Source of the DNA: a virus | Lineage: Duplodnaviria > Caudoviricetes | Virus record (IMG/VR): IMGVR_UViG_3300026270_000015 | Location: 1 to 31,544 of that record | DNA: 31,544 nucleotides | Strand: one strand, 5' to 3' | Position numbers and translations under genes: made by a program | Shown: positions 21,301 to 30,698 of the stretch, one piece after another | How positions within the stretch are numbered: position 1 is the first letter of the stretch | How the letters are laid out: every line of letters starts with the position of its first letter | The notes under the pieces: generated by a model | Database searches by the model: none | What the model saw: the letters and a program-made list of their open reading frames with translations, nothing else | Told to the model about the DNA's origin: nothing

Positions 21301-24300
21301 CTTGCATATCCAGACTGATAAGTCTTTGCAATACCTGCATTGGTTGTAAGACCGACTCCTGCATCATCTACAAGTTGGAAAGTAAGAGTTGCTGGACTGG
21401 TATTTGCAAATTGAGTTACCTTGAATAGTTGATAGTTATAATCGCTAGAGTTAAATCCAGATCCATCTGGTGAAGACATTTCAATGCCTTCAACGAAGAC
21501 TCTATCGTCAACAGCAAATGGTGATTGATTATATCCTAGAATTGGTGTTTTAAGAACGCAGGTTGCAATACCAGTTGGTCCGCTAACCATAGAAACAATA
21601 CCAACACCATTTGAGTTGTTGATCGCAAAAATCTTATGTGGTTCAGAGTCCAGTCCAAATATTGGTGCTAATTGAACAACCTCAGCAATAGATCCATTTG
21701 GTGCTTTTGCAACAAGGGTTGTTGTATCTACAATCTCCTTGGTTGTATCATTCCAAAGAATAAGATCTGGATCAGAAAGATATTTTGCACCAGCAAACTG
21801 AATGTCAACTTCCTGGATGGTATCTAGATTATCTACGCTGACAATAGGAGGGACAAATGCTTCAGGTCTTAAGGTTTTATCTGAAGGGTAGTCATAACCA
21901 ATATCACGAATCCTACTCTTTTTAATTCTACCAATCGAAGTAGATACTGCAACAATATTGGCATTTACGCCATTAGTTGATGTAACATCTTTGAACTTAG
22001 GAAGTTTGTCGAAATTGAATCCCTCTGCAATGACTTTAACTTTAGAAATACTTCCATTAAGTGCATTTGAAGATCTGGTATTATACTCCAGAGTATCACA
22101 ATCATCACTACTATATGACAATATAGTTGGATATCTGAATGGTGAAATCTTAAACTCAGTTGTTGAAGATGTTGTTGAAATTCCAAATACAGAGTACGTT
22201 CCATTATATTCACTATTTTCATATCTAATTTCTGAATATGCTTTAACTTCAGTATCTGCAGTACTAATATATCCACCCTTTTCTAAACCATAGTAAAGTC
22301 TTGATGGAACATTATTAGAGTAATTTATAGTCAGTGAAGAATTGGAATCAGTGCCAAAACCAACACTACCAAGACCAACTACATTGAAGTCTCTGGAATC
22401 CCCTGAACTGATATATTCGTTAGTGAAATCCTTGTCTCTGTAAATCTTTAATTGATATCCCCTAAGTGAAATATCTTGAAGATTAAACTTCAAGTCACTA
22501 TTTCTTACAACATCAATTGGTGGATTGATAGCAGAAATATAATGATTGACACCACCAGATGCACTAATACTTACTGCATTTTCTGTTTTTGCATTCGACT
22601 CAAAAAGAGTCTCTGCAAGTCTAAATCTATCAACACTATCTTGAATTATGTAATAAGTTCCAGTGGTTAGACCAGAAGCAACTTCTGTTGCCTCATAGAA
22701 TACTTTATCACCAGTCTTATATCCATGATCTTGATAGGTAAATGATCCATCTGAAAGAGAGATTCCAGTTGAGTTAATACCAATTGTATTGACAAGAATC
22801 TTCTTCTCATCCTCATTGAGTTTTATATTTAATGCACCGGTGGTTCCAAATCCAACAACTGTGTTTGGAACTACGTTCAGTTTGATGATATCTCTATTCA
22901 GAAGACCGTGAGTTGATGATGTACTAACAATAGTTGTAATTCTATCAACGTTTCCAAGAACTTGATTTCTATTTGTTTTGAGAAGATATTCTGAATTATT
23001 AGATCCATCACTATAGAAGAATAATCCTTCAGATGCAGTGGTCAATCCAACTTGTGTTGTTAATCCAATTAAATTCTCACCTTTGTTTATAACAAAAACA
23101 TCACTCGATAATGTATTTGTGTCTGGAATAAAGAATGTTCCCTGATTTGAAGAATCATTTCCTACAATAAGAGAATCTACACCAGCTAAAGTACTCTTAG
23201 TAAACGTAAGTCTCTCACCAGTCTTAAATCCATGATTAGGCAAATAGATCGCTCTACAGGGAACAGAGACGCTAGATGTAGTAACTCCAACTGATCTTAC
23301 CTTCTCTTGAGCACCACCTGCAGTAACTCCAACACCAACTGATTTTGTTGCATTGAAATAAACTAACCTATCCCTTCTAGAATCAAACTTTGTAGTTTTT
23401 ACTGGAAGTCTTACTCTATCAGAACTTAAGCTAAGATCACTTCCAAAGGAGTGTGCTACACCAGTAGATCCAAATCTCTTAACAGTGATTACACCATTTG
23501 AATAGTCATTAAGAACTCTTACAGTCTCAGTGCCATCGGAGGATGTAATTGTTATAGAATTGCCAATTGATACCTCTCTAAATCTTCTAGAAACAAAAAT
23601 ATCTTCAAATTTACCACCAGGAAGTCCAGAGTAACTGGTCATTGTTCCTGCAAGACCAACTGACTCAGTGGTAAATCCTATTCTCTTAGATCCACTAAGG
23701 AATGGTATTGAAGTTGAAAGACCAGATATAAGAACAGTATCATTATTATTGAAATCATATCCATCACGATTATAGGCAGAAACTTGGTTGTCATTATCCC
23801 AAACAAATACACAGTTTACATTTCTTTCTAATTCAGTTCTAATTGAAGATATACCAGCACCCCTCAATTCTTGAACTTCACCTCTGAGACCAGCACCACC
23901 ACTACCCTCAAAATCAAAATTAACTCTATCACCTATAGAGTAACCAACTCCACCATCAACAACCGTAATATCGGTAACAGAACCTTTTGTAACAGATTCT
24001 ACATTGGAACGTTGCTCAAAACTTTCATAAGATTCATTGATAAAGTCATAATCTGCGTGTGGATCACTGACTTTATATGGGAAAGTATTTCTAACAAGAT
24101 CATTTCCATTAAAATCAAATGTTTGATCTAAAACTAAATTATCAGTTATTACCTGTGTCTTAAATTTGTTACCAATAAAATATGGATATGCTGGTGCAAA
24201 TTTTGCCGAGTTTTGTGTACTAGTAGTAACTCCTACAAAATATGCATAAACTCCATTTGGAAACTCTGGAGTTTTGCAGAATCTGCCATTATGTAAATCG

Positions 24301-27300
24301 AGATCACCACTATTGGTGTACAGATAATCTTCTTTAAAGAATCCTGGTTCAAAAGTAGGTGGTCTATCAACAACAGAATTGGTGCTTAATTCATATCCAG
24401 TTTCAAGTCTAGTTACACCAGACTGAACATTATCTGCTGTCTGATACCCAAAAGGTCCATAAATTGGATTTCCATCATATGCCCATCCAATAATAGGTGA
24501 GTGTGATCCATCTAAAGATTCAAAGTTAGATGCAAGATCTTCAGAATATCCATACATTCCATAAACTAATGAATCCTGCTTCTCATCTTTATAAAGACTA
24601 GAATAGATTTCTGGATTTCTTGTTGCAGAAATTTTTCCAAATCTGAAAGCATCGTTTACTGTTAAATCTCTAACTCTCGTATTGAAAATTGCACCAGATC
24701 CTCTAGAATCTACAAATAGAGAGGTAGAAGATGCACTGTATCCAATACCTGTGTTAATGACAACAACATCATCAACCTTTCCATTCAAAAGCACAGGTCT
24801 AAGAATTGCACCTGTTCCGCCAGAGGGATCTTCTACTCTAAGTTCAGGAATCGAATCATATTCAGATCCTTTGTTCAATACCTGAACATCAACAATTTTT
24901 CCATTAGAAATAATTGGTGCAAGTTGAGAATTTTTACCTTTACTGATTGAAATTCTTGGTCTTGTGTGTAGATTGAATACGGTAGATCCATATCCAGTTC
25001 CAGACTCATACAAATATGCATCAACAATCTCGCCAGTTACAATTGGTGTAAAGGTGAATGTTCCAATACCAGCTGCTCCAAATGAAACATTTGCGTTAAC
25101 TTTGATCTCTGGATATTGGAAAATATGATATCCACTTCCAATAGAATTAAATTTGGTAAATTTAGACTTATTAATATCATCTACAAATGTTCCGGCAACG
25201 CCAACATTCACAAGTCTGAATTGATCTGAATCTACAAACTGAATAGAGTAACTATTAGAAGTTGAAAGACCAGCAATAGAATTGCCTGTAGTTTGATATG
25301 TAACTACTTCTCCTGTCTTGAATCCATGATTCTTAAAGTAGACAGTATTATATTCTGTGGAAATACCACTAGACTTTACTCTCAGTTTTCTATGTGCATA
25401 ACCAGATCCACCGTCAAGAACAGTAATAGACCTTACATTATTTTGAGATAGGGTTCTAAACTTATGAATACCGGATGCTGAAGTTGCAGCAGATAGACCA
25501 ATGGTGTTAATACCAGTATTTGCAGCAGTACCTGATGCAGTATCAGTAAATGCATCAGAATCATTTTTAAATAATCTAACAGTTGATGGATTTATAACTC
25601 TGACTACATATTCGTCACCACTACTTAAACCACCTGTTGCAATATTATTTGGATCATATGCATCTCCAATTTGAATGGGATCATTACCATTTTGATTGTA
25701 GATAATATGCTCACCATCCGCAAGATTGTGATTATCTCTAAATGTAATCGTTTCATTGTCAGGATCGATTCCACCACCAATATCTAATCTACGACTATCA
25801 AATGTGATTTCTCTAAATCTTGCTCCAATAACTGGTTCCAAAGAACAACCAGATCCATTTCCACCTACCAGGTCTAGGGACAAGAATTCATCAAATCCAA
25901 AGTCTTGAGGATCAACAATAACTTCTTTAACACTACCAATAATGACTGGTTCAACCTTTGCACCAGTTCCATCTGGAAGACCAGTTGTTGATGCAATATC
26001 CTCAATAGTCAATTCTGGTGGATTTATAATATCATATCCTTTACCACCATTAAGAACTTCAAATTCTTCTAATGGTCCATAATATATTTTATCTCTAGAA
26101 TCGGGACTTACAATCTCTACACCGTCAACTAATACGCCAACATTATCTACAGTTCTATCAACACTACTACTATTCTCTAACTGCTGTGTTAGTGGAAACT
26201 TTCTAACAATTTGCTTACTTGAAAGAGTTCTATTTTCATGTCTCTTCAGAGTGAAGTTATGTTCTCCTGCACCAAAGTTTGGATTGAATCTAGAAATATC
26301 ATCAAAGTTTGCTATTGTCTTAGCATTGTTGGCAAGTTGAGACTTTGAGGCATATAATTTTATTTCATTTGCAGCAACAAGTTTTACAAAATAACTTTCT
26401 CCAGACGAAAGTCCAATCAAAGGACTTTGTGCAGTGTAAACTACTTCATCACCATCTCTAAAATCTACTGGTGTAGAAAATACAATAGTTTCATAAGTTT
26501 TATAGTAAGGACTGTAACCACCCAATCCTTGAGTATTGTTTGTACCTAAAGATTTGACATATCCATCAGGAAGTGTAGATTCAACAATATCATCTACAAT
26601 GTTATATCCAGGGAGAGAATTAGACGCCAAATATCCAAAGGATGATGAATCGTCTACGTAGATATTAGATGCGTTTGCAATGTATACTTCATTACCTACA
26701 GTAAGAATTACTCCAGAACTTTTTGATTTTACAACCTTACGTCTAATACTATAATCTTTAGTTGGATCTGGTGTAAAAGTACCAATGTTGGATAGAGTAA
26801 CTTCCTTGTTTAATTTGTTTATTGAACTTACAGTTGCAAAAGATGCATTTACAACATTTGGATCGGGTACAACTACTTGCTGACTATCACCAATTAAAAC
26901 TTCAACTGAATCTCCTAATTTTAGATATGCCTTATCAATATCGGAAAATAATGTAAATACTGAGGAGTTTATCTCTTCTACCTTAAATCTTGGGCTGGTA
27001 TTGTATACCCAAGAATTGGCAAACATTTCCTTATAAGTTCTATCAACGATGGGGTTCTCAATAACCTCACCAACGTTTCTTGTGGTTATTACCTCATCCT
27101 CTTCCATCAAGGGAATGTCTACCAGAGGTTCAAATTCTGATAAAACTCCAGTGATTCTCATATCACATCTATTCTCAATATCACCATTTTCATAACCAAA
27201 AATGGTTTCATCTGCTCTTAGAAGATCAGCAAGATTGATTTTTGATGTAACACCAGTACAACCGTAGAACTGATTAATACTCTTTGAGGTATAATCAATT

Positions 27301-28349
27301 CTATTATTTCCAGATATAATAGTTCCTGTTTGACCAAATCCTATTGTAGAGTCAACACTAATTACTGTCGCATTTACTTCAACTGGTTCTAATGCCCTAG
27401 ATGCTCCAGGGATAGTAAAGATACCTTCTACAAGATCTCTATCATTATATCCAACAAAGATACCAAGTTTATAGAATGTTTTTGTATCTCTTGTAAAAAT
27501 TTCAACGTCCGAAACTGACGCATTAGTATTAATATCATCCGACTTAAATATTGTCTGTCCTTCCAATCCAAAAGGATTTCCAGAAATATTTTCTGCTACA
27601 ATAACTTCTCTTCTAATATATTCAGCAGAAGATGGTTTGATAAGTCTACTTTCAAGATCTAATACTTCTGCATTAACTCCATAGAGAACTTTGAATAAAA
27701 TTCTAATGGATTCTGCAATACCTTTCGACTGATAGAAGTTTCTTGCATGCTTGATGAAGTTTCCAACATCCAAATCAGAAACAAAATCATACTCCTCTAA
27801 TCCTGGAGTAAAGGTTCTTTTTAATTTTTTATAGAACTCTTGTAAGAAGATAACACTTAAGTTCTTTACTAATGCCCCATTGGCCGCGGCGGATGCAGAA
27901 GACTCACTGAAAAGAATATTTTGGCGGTTTACATTACTGAAAACACTAGAAATACCTTCATCATACCCAGTGATTCCACTAAATCCACGAACACAATTAA
28001 GGAAAGAGGTATCAGTCTTTGATTTATAGGTGATAATTTCATCACCAATTTGCAAAAGACCATATTCATCAGGAAATCCCTTTGTGGAGGTTACCTGAAT
28101 AGTATCTTGAGAAGATGTAATGTCTGCCGTAAGTGATGTCTCACCTACGATAACCTCTGGTACTAGATTATCTACCCTAATATAGCGATCAAGATTGTCA
28201 ACAAGATCTACGCTACCACCCTGATGTTCTAAAGACAAATAATATTGTCTAAAAAATTCTACAGCGTTTGGGAAATCAGCAACTAAAAACTCTGGAAGTT
28301 GGCTCTCAATAATCTTATTGAGTTGCACTCTCTTCTCAAATTGCGACAT
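15393..28349 (-). CDS. gp7: Baseplate wedge initiator (cyanophage giant gp7)
   Basis: 4318 aa lying between gp6 and gp8; N-terminal IESQLPEF, FIKHARNFYQSKG...SIRILFKVLYG; internal YYQNLSYSIKS...VHPAGLKNF; YHYH-like segment; many HG[LF].TG[DE] repeats. Confidence 0.88.
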   Translation of the reverse strand: MSQFEKRVQLNKIIESQLPEFLVADFPNAVEFFRQYYLSLEHQGGSVDLVDNLDRYIRVDNLVPEVIVGETSLTADITSSQDTIQVTSTKGFPDEYGLLQIGDEIITYKSKTDTSFLNCVRGFSGITGYDEGISSVFSNVNRQNILFSESSASAAANGALVKNLSVIFLQEFYKKLKRTFTPGLEEYDFVSDLDVGNFIKHARNFYQSKGIAESIRILFKVLYGVNAEVLDLESRLIKPSSAEYIRREVIVAENISGNPFGLEGQTIFKSDDINTNASVSDVEIFTRDTKTFYKLGIFVGYNDRDLVEGIFTIPGASRALEPVEVNATVISVDSTIGFGQTGTIISGNNRIDYTSKSINQFYGCTGVTSKINLADLLRADETIFGYENGDIENRCDMRITGVLSEFEPLVDIPLMEEDEVITTRNVGEVIENPIVDRTYKEMFANSWVYNTSPRFKVEEINSSVFTLFSDIDKAYLKLGDSVEVLIGDSQQVVVPDPNVVNASFATVSSINKLNKEVTLSNIGTFTPDPTKDYSIRRKVVKSKSSGVILTVGNEVYIANASNIYVDDSSSFGYLASNSLPGYNIVDDIVESTLPDGYVKSLGTNNTQGLGGYSPYYKTYETIVFSTPVDFRDGDEVVYTAQSPLIGLSSGESYFVKLVAANEIKLYASKSQLANNAKTIANFDDISRFNPNFGAGEHNFTLKRHENRTLSSKQIVRKFPLTQQLENSSSVDRTVDNVGVLVDGVEIVSPDSRDKIYYGPLEEFEVLNGGKGYDIINPPELTIEDIASTTGLPDGTGAKVEPVIIGSVKEVIVDPQDFGFDEFLSLDLVGGNGSGCSLEPVIGARFREITFDSRRLDIGGGIDPDNETITFRDNHNLADGEHIIYNQNGNDPIQIGDAYDPNNIATGGLSSGDEYVVRVINPSTVRLFKNDSDAFTDTASGTAANTGINTIGLSAATSASGIHKFRTLSQNNVRSITVLDGGSGYAHRKLRVKSSGISTEYNTVYFKNHGFKTGEVVTYQTTGNSIAGLSTSNSYSIQFVDSDQFRLVNVGVAGTFVDDINKSKFTKFNSIGSGYHIFQYPEIKVNANVSFGAAGIGTFTFTPIVTGEIVDAYLYESGTGYGSTVFNLHTRPRISISKGKNSQLAPIISNGKIVDVQVLNKGSEYDSIPELRVEDPSGGTGAILRPVLLNGKVDDVVVINTGIGYSASSTSLFVDSRGSGAIFNTRVRDLTVNDAFRFGKISATRNPEIYSSLYKDEKQDSLVYGMYGYSEDLASNFESLDGSHSPIIGWAYDGNPIYGPFGYQTADNVQSGVTRLETGYELSTNSVVDRPPTFEPGFFKEDYLYTNSGDLDLHNGRFCKTPEFPNGVYAYFVGVTTSTQNSAKFAPAYPYFIGNKFKTQVITDNLVLDQTFDFNGNDLVRNTFPYKVSDPHADYDFINESYESFEQRSNVESVTKGSVTDITVVDGGVGYSIGDRVNFDFEGSGGAGLRGEVQELRGAGISSIRTELERNVNCVFVWDNDNQVSAYNRDGYDFNNNDTVLISGLSTSIPFLSGSKRIGFTTESVGLAGTMTSYSGLPGGKFEDIFVSRRFREVSIGNSITITSSDGTETVRVLNDYSNGVITVKRFGSTGVAHSFGSDLSLSSDRVRLPVKTTKFDSRRDRLVYFNATKSVGVGVTAGGAQEKVRSVGVTTSSVSVPCRAIYLPNHGFKTGERLTFTKSTLAGVDSLIVGNDSSNQGTFFIPDTNTLSSDVFVINKGENLIGLTTQVGLTTASEGLFFYSDGSNNSEYLLKTNRNQVLGNVDRITTIVSTSSTHGLLNRDIIKLNVVPNTVVGFGTTGALNIKLNEDEKKILVNTIGINSTGISLSDGSFTYQDHGYKTGDKVFYEATEVASGLTTGTYYIIQDSVDRFRLAETLFESNAKTENAVSISASGGVNHYISAINPPIDVVRNSDLKFNLQDISLRGYQLKIYRDKDFTNEYISSGDSRDFNVVGLGSVGFGTDSNSSLTINYSNNVPSRLYYGLEKGGYISTADTEVKAYSEIRYENSEYNGTYSVFGISTTSSTTEFKISPFRYPTILSYSSDDCDTLEYNTRSSNALNGSISKVKVIAEGFNFDKLPKFKDVTSTNGVNANIVAVSTSIGRIKKSRIRDIGYDYPSDKTLRPEAFVPPIVSVDNLDTIQEVDIQFAGAKYLSDPDLILWNDTTKEIVDTTTLVAKAPNGSIAEVVQLAPIFGLDSEPHKIFAINNSNGVGIVSMVSGPTGIATCVLKTPILGYNQSPFAVDDRVFVEGIEMSSPDGSGFNSSDYNYQLFKVTQFANTSPATLTFQLVDDAGVGLTTNAGIAKTYQSGYASLINENIYPRINIKQKRGTFTKNERLFVNSDGNGFRSEDAFISLVRDDYIKYNGRYNLKKGDIIKGIISGVVAEVTNINRKRAKFVIDYSSRMELGWNDDIGKISEDYQVTPNNDYYQNLSYSIKSPITWDELSTPVNSIVHPAGLKNFADVGVTSTGRSGIGLGGTTTSIVILDVVNERRVDIINNFDNAVDVDPRVSPVTGLTQSNALQIQNRKLTDYIECRTNRVLIHDDISNKFSSRGFKDTFVEIEEIDFVDNHVRYVVQIADPDSKDVQLSELVVQSTTNDIFLFEKYSSFTKNKLGDFTANIDSFGRKTLVFTPTDAFETDHDIKVLKKSYLFQALPPGNSGVGTQAIGSVNLISSFVGLSSVPGGNDIGTLAQFDGNDFNGLFANIEISNRFSGETNYVEAAIDFDGTNTYVSEYYFDHNTQSYSASNVGLVSAIYDANSGIVSVRGRNFDEVDAFDYRTHIVGFGNTTTGIGTYRFLLNNQPAGTERSARLESTIGFGTDKVRVGTFDNKFISAAAAIVRVSAGTTSAIHQVNILSNSRTNEVTVTPGPFAPVDNVTGLGTFGSEINGDEFYLNFYPDSGYDVEAQAFSEVFYREMDFDNQANPLSYGPTSQLVFLSAFDGLNGLRANRTNFTLTHEGKPIYVKTFDPADTTKINYSTGVFTLRDHFFNTGEELIYRPTSTFAGIGTQPMGIGATVNHLGIVTDKLPDRVYPIAITPDTFRLSTTPQFAAAGISVTFTDSGIGNAHELEFTKKLSKTVIAIDGIVQQPITFTPINHKLDFNGHYLSGGIPAGISTFNISGISSIQPRDLLRVDDEYMKVIEVGLSTNVSGEILGPINGLIAAGLAATFPTVAVQRGSVGSAATSHSDGSNVQIYRGALNIVGNEVHFIDPPKGNNRARRNESNLPYVTAQFSGRTFLRSDYDTNMVFDDISDSFTGIGKTYTLKVGGADTTGVDAGNGILFINGVFQTPSTENNAGNNYEIDNDSTVGITSVIYTGITSVDGSFIQSDFDINQNQLPRGGLIVSLGSTPGLGYAPLVGAEIKVLKNSTGQLTDLIGINTVGSAVAISTALYNNITGILEIETDDSHNILGGDLVKLNNLEFSCASAHSGVTTTIFPDYDYPVDVINVISATKVAIRVGPSTIPHSYETGGTVRRFFTNNFGSGYREPVSIGITDLAYEHKFVRSSSNSITASTGGPFTPTKADFTSHTGVLRLTIPNHGLDTTDTIQIATDSLIFSCSNDDFFTEQPYPRATDPAAGATLAITSFTTNTISVGVGSAGGSGTGAVIDATVGIGGTLAFSITNPGQGYINPALIIPEPNYENVEVVGVSRLGIGATTETGRNLLLNLTVGAAGTSNVGIGSTLFLIDTFKIARSGYGFKPGDILEAVGLVTAKDFAQPVSPFQLEVVETFTDRFSSWSFGEMDYIDSIFGYQNGTRKRFPLFYEGELLSFELDPNNPLSANIDLDSVLVIFVNGVLQTPGYSYQFTGGTSFMFMEAPKVNDKVDIFFYLGQDGIDVVQVETTETLKVGDDVRMLRQPLVSTTEKQIDSRAITEITGSDIIETNIYSGPGVDDTNFRPFDWIKQKKDIYVKGDIISKVRSVLETKVFPTAKIIGDVTPTSTDIFVDNAQFFDYDEIILDLNQNTFTFDAFMMETSNEPVSAEFTSTVSIAGTVSAITVDNVGLGYTTSTIDLKFSAPKEVGVGVGTTATATATISNGQVSVVTITNPGFGYTNTNPPKIITALPTPLYETINTVQNVQGFNGVITGISTTTGTGGHPLALKFNFRAMKDYGENGEANVASDALDLVAGYPIMIYETTVGNGVTSVNSDDSAVVGIGTTFLDNVYIVNSITSLASNAEIICNVDSGSPVIGILESGNFDDIQAGLTTSLGKLSWGRIYNYDNRTNGISIGVTGLTVDAGLSTFPTIQRRGTFGEGKTGAVRSKKPRADGTSLEADNTLSFYIQ

Positions 28350-28352
28350 ATT

Positions 28353-30257
28353 TTATTTCCTCTCTAAATCTCCGTTGGAATAACTTGAAGTATAATAGTC
28401 TCTTGTGAAAGACACGCCAGAAATATCTTCACCAGATGCAATAACATCTTTAACCATATTTATTGTACTACTTGGAACGTTAAAACTGAGATAAAGGTCC
28501 TTGAGACCAACTACATCATTAGATTCTGGGAATGCCTGAACCTCAACAATATTATTTGGTCTATCAGTCTCAACGATGTTAATAGTATTAAGAATAATCT
28601 CACCCTTCATATAATCAACCACACCTGCTTCTTTAGCAACAACAGTTTTTACACCGTTAGCACCAACTTTAACTATAGAAATAACTCCACTCTTAAGATC
28701 TGCGTTTGGTAGATCTGTAATAAAACAAGTTGCGTTATCACCAACAATCTTAAATCCTGTAGACTTAATATTCAATCCATTTGGTTTTACGTTGAATCTA
28801 TTACCAAAGCAAAGTTCATACTGAGCAAACTGATTAATCAGTGCCTTCATATCTCTTCTAATTTTAATCTTAGTAATGTTAGAAGTAATCGCACTATCAA
28901 CACGATCAATCAGTTGAAGGATCTTACTATACTTAAACCTTCCACCAAAACGATTCATATCAACATCTTTGGAGTATACTCCAAGAGTATCGATAATATT
29001 TGTCCTTAAACCATCAACAGTGGCAACCTGTGATGAGTTATAGTAAATATCTGATTCAAGTTCAACATAAAGAACCTTAAGATCAATAATTTTTTGATTG
29101 ATACCTGCAATTGAGTACTGTTTGATCTTATTCAGAATGTTTCTTTTATCAAAATCAGAGACATATGTACCATTTTTAGGTTTAATGCTGATTTGAACGG
29201 TACCGAACTGTGGTGGTACTAATTCTTCACCACCAACAACTGCAACAGATTCAGTATTTGGGTAAACTGAAGCAATAATTGCCTCATAATCTCTTGATGT
29301 AACCGCTCTGTATTGCGCTGAGTAAAGTCTGGGGGCAAAATACTTAATAGAGGATACATCTTCAATTGCGCCGCCGTTAATCGCCTTCTGAATGGTTGTG
29401 ACAGGCACTGATCCACTAGGAATTACCCTTATTCCTGTCTGATCCGTAAGATTTGCTTGGAATTCAAAGACAGAGGGTCCATTTCCTGCTTCACCATCAG
29501 TAACAATGTAACTTACAGTGATAAGTTTGCCATTTTCTAACTTTTTACCAAAATATCCATCACCAAACAGCAATTCATACCTTTCATCTTGAACTTCTTG
29601 AAGTAAATAGATCTCAGAGTTCTCATCAATGTTTAAAATATTGTCAACTCTACTAAAATCTCTACCAGTTCCTGCTTGACCAACGGTAGACACGTTTACT
29701 CTGATAGTTGAGGTGTCAATATTTGGATTATCAAGGATAAAACGCTGATCTACCGACGTATCAGTAACAAATTGACGTGTAAGAAGCGTTCCTTGGAAAA
29801 GTTGTATGGGTTTTGCTTCAGTTCCGAACTGTGCTACACCATTAATTACCGCAGCAGTAACGTTTTCTGGTATTGAGAAGCGATATGAACTGTTATCTTG
29901 CCCTCCAATGCACACCAGACCTGCTTCAACGGTGATAAAACCGCTACTGGTAGTGGTAGGGACGGAAAAAGTTACGTTTGCCTTAGCGGCGCTTGTAGAG
30001 CGAGGTACATAACCAATATTTCGTGCCAATGATACGACATTTTCACGTACTGTCGCACCATCTAGGAAGGATTCATTGACTACGAGGTTAGCATTAAACG
30101 CATTAATGTACGTATTGTATGCTAAAGTGTCAATTAATATCGAAAAATTAGATCCTTCAAAGTCAAAATCCGTAAAATTAGAGTTGGAACGGAGATATGC
30201 TTTGATTTCTGCCCTAATTTGGTCGAAATCTAGGTTAGTAAACTGTGTAAAAGGCAT
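28353..30257 (-). CDS. gp6: Baseplate wedge subunit (T4 gp6 homologue)
   Basis: 634 aa; LDFDQI, FTDFDFEGS, LAYNTY, ESFLD.AT.RENVVSLARNIGYVPRS, FGDG.FG and AQYRAVT..DY motifs. Confidence 0.95.
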   Translation of the reverse strand: MPFTQFTNLDFDQIRAEIKAYLRSNSNFTDFDFEGSNFSILIDTLAYNTYINAFNANLVVNESFLDGATVRENVVSLARNIGYVPRSTSAAKANVTFSVPTTTSSGFITVEAGLVCIGGQDNSSYRFSIPENVTAAVINGVAQFGTEAKPIQLFQGTLLTRQFVTDTSVDQRFILDNPNIDTSTIRVNVSTVGQAGTGRDFSRVDNILNIDENSEIYLLQEVQDERYELLFGDGYFGKKLENGKLITVSYIVTDGEAGNGPSVFEFQANLTDQTGIRVIPSGSVPVTTIQKAINGGAIEDVSSIKYFAPRLYSAQYRAVTSRDYEAIIASVYPNTESVAVVGGEELVPPQFGTVQISIKPKNGTYVSDFDKRNILNKIKQYSIAGINQKIIDLKVLYVELESDIYYNSSQVATVDGLRTNIIDTLGVYSKDVDMNRFGGRFKYSKILQLIDRVDSAITSNITKIKIRRDMKALINQFAQYELCFGNRFNVKPNGLNIKSTGFKIVGDNATCFITDLPNADLKSGVISIVKVGANGVKTVVAKEAGVVDYMKGEIILNTINIVETDRPNNIVEVQAFPESNDVVGLKDLYLSFNVPSSTINMVKDVIASGEDISGVSFTRDYYTSSYSNGDLERK

Positions 30258-30260
30258 TGT

Positions 30261-30662
30261 TTATCGTGTTGCCTCTAATATGAATGAGAATGACTGTGTT
30301 GGATAATCTAAACCTACGACATCAAAGAAAACATTTACATCAAAACTGTTATTATCGGGTTGTGGATTGACTTGAACTTTTAAATTTTCAACTCTATCCT
30401 CATAAAAAAGGATTGTTTCGCGAATTTGGTCCTGAATAACACGACTTGAGGCGACATCGACGAACTCAAAAAGACTTCTGCGAATATCAGACCCCAAGTC
30501 AGAGTTAAAAAAGCGTTCTGTAGGTATCGTTTCGACTAAATTACGTACAGATCTGATAATTGCACGTTCATTAATAAGTACAGGAAGGTCCTTCGTCACA
30601 GGATGTGGGTCAAATGAGAAACTAATATCCTTAAATGCTCTTGAAACCCTCGTACTAGGCAT
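30261..30662 (-). CDS. gp25: Baseplate wedge subunit / sheath initiator (T4 gp25 homologue)
   Basis: 133 aa; FKDIS.SF..HPVT.D, NERAI.RSVRNLV.T...ERFF and I..YE.RV motifs. Confidence 0.93.
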   Translation of the reverse strand: MPSTRVSRAFKDISFSFDPHPVTKDLPVLINERAIIRSVRNLVETIPTERFFNSDLGSDIRRSLFEFVDVASSRVIQDQIRETILFYEDRVENLKVQVNPQPDNNSFDVNVFFDVVGLDYPTQSFSFILEATR

Positions 30663-30686
30663 TGAAACGGTAGATTTTTCTGAATT

Positions 30687-30694
30687 TATTTATA
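30687..30694 (-). promoter_or_regulatory. T4-type late promoter (TATAAATA) upstream of gp25
   Basis: Exact TATAAATA in the intergenic gap, 24 nt upstream of the gp25 ATG. Confidence 0.88.
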
Positions 30695-30698
30695 TCCC

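Noticed and set aside
784-30306. Numerous plus-strand ORFs of 60-130 aa in the track
   Set aside because: All lie antisense to long conserved genes and have the composition expected from reverse-complemented biased codons; no promoters or ribosome-binding sites were noticed.
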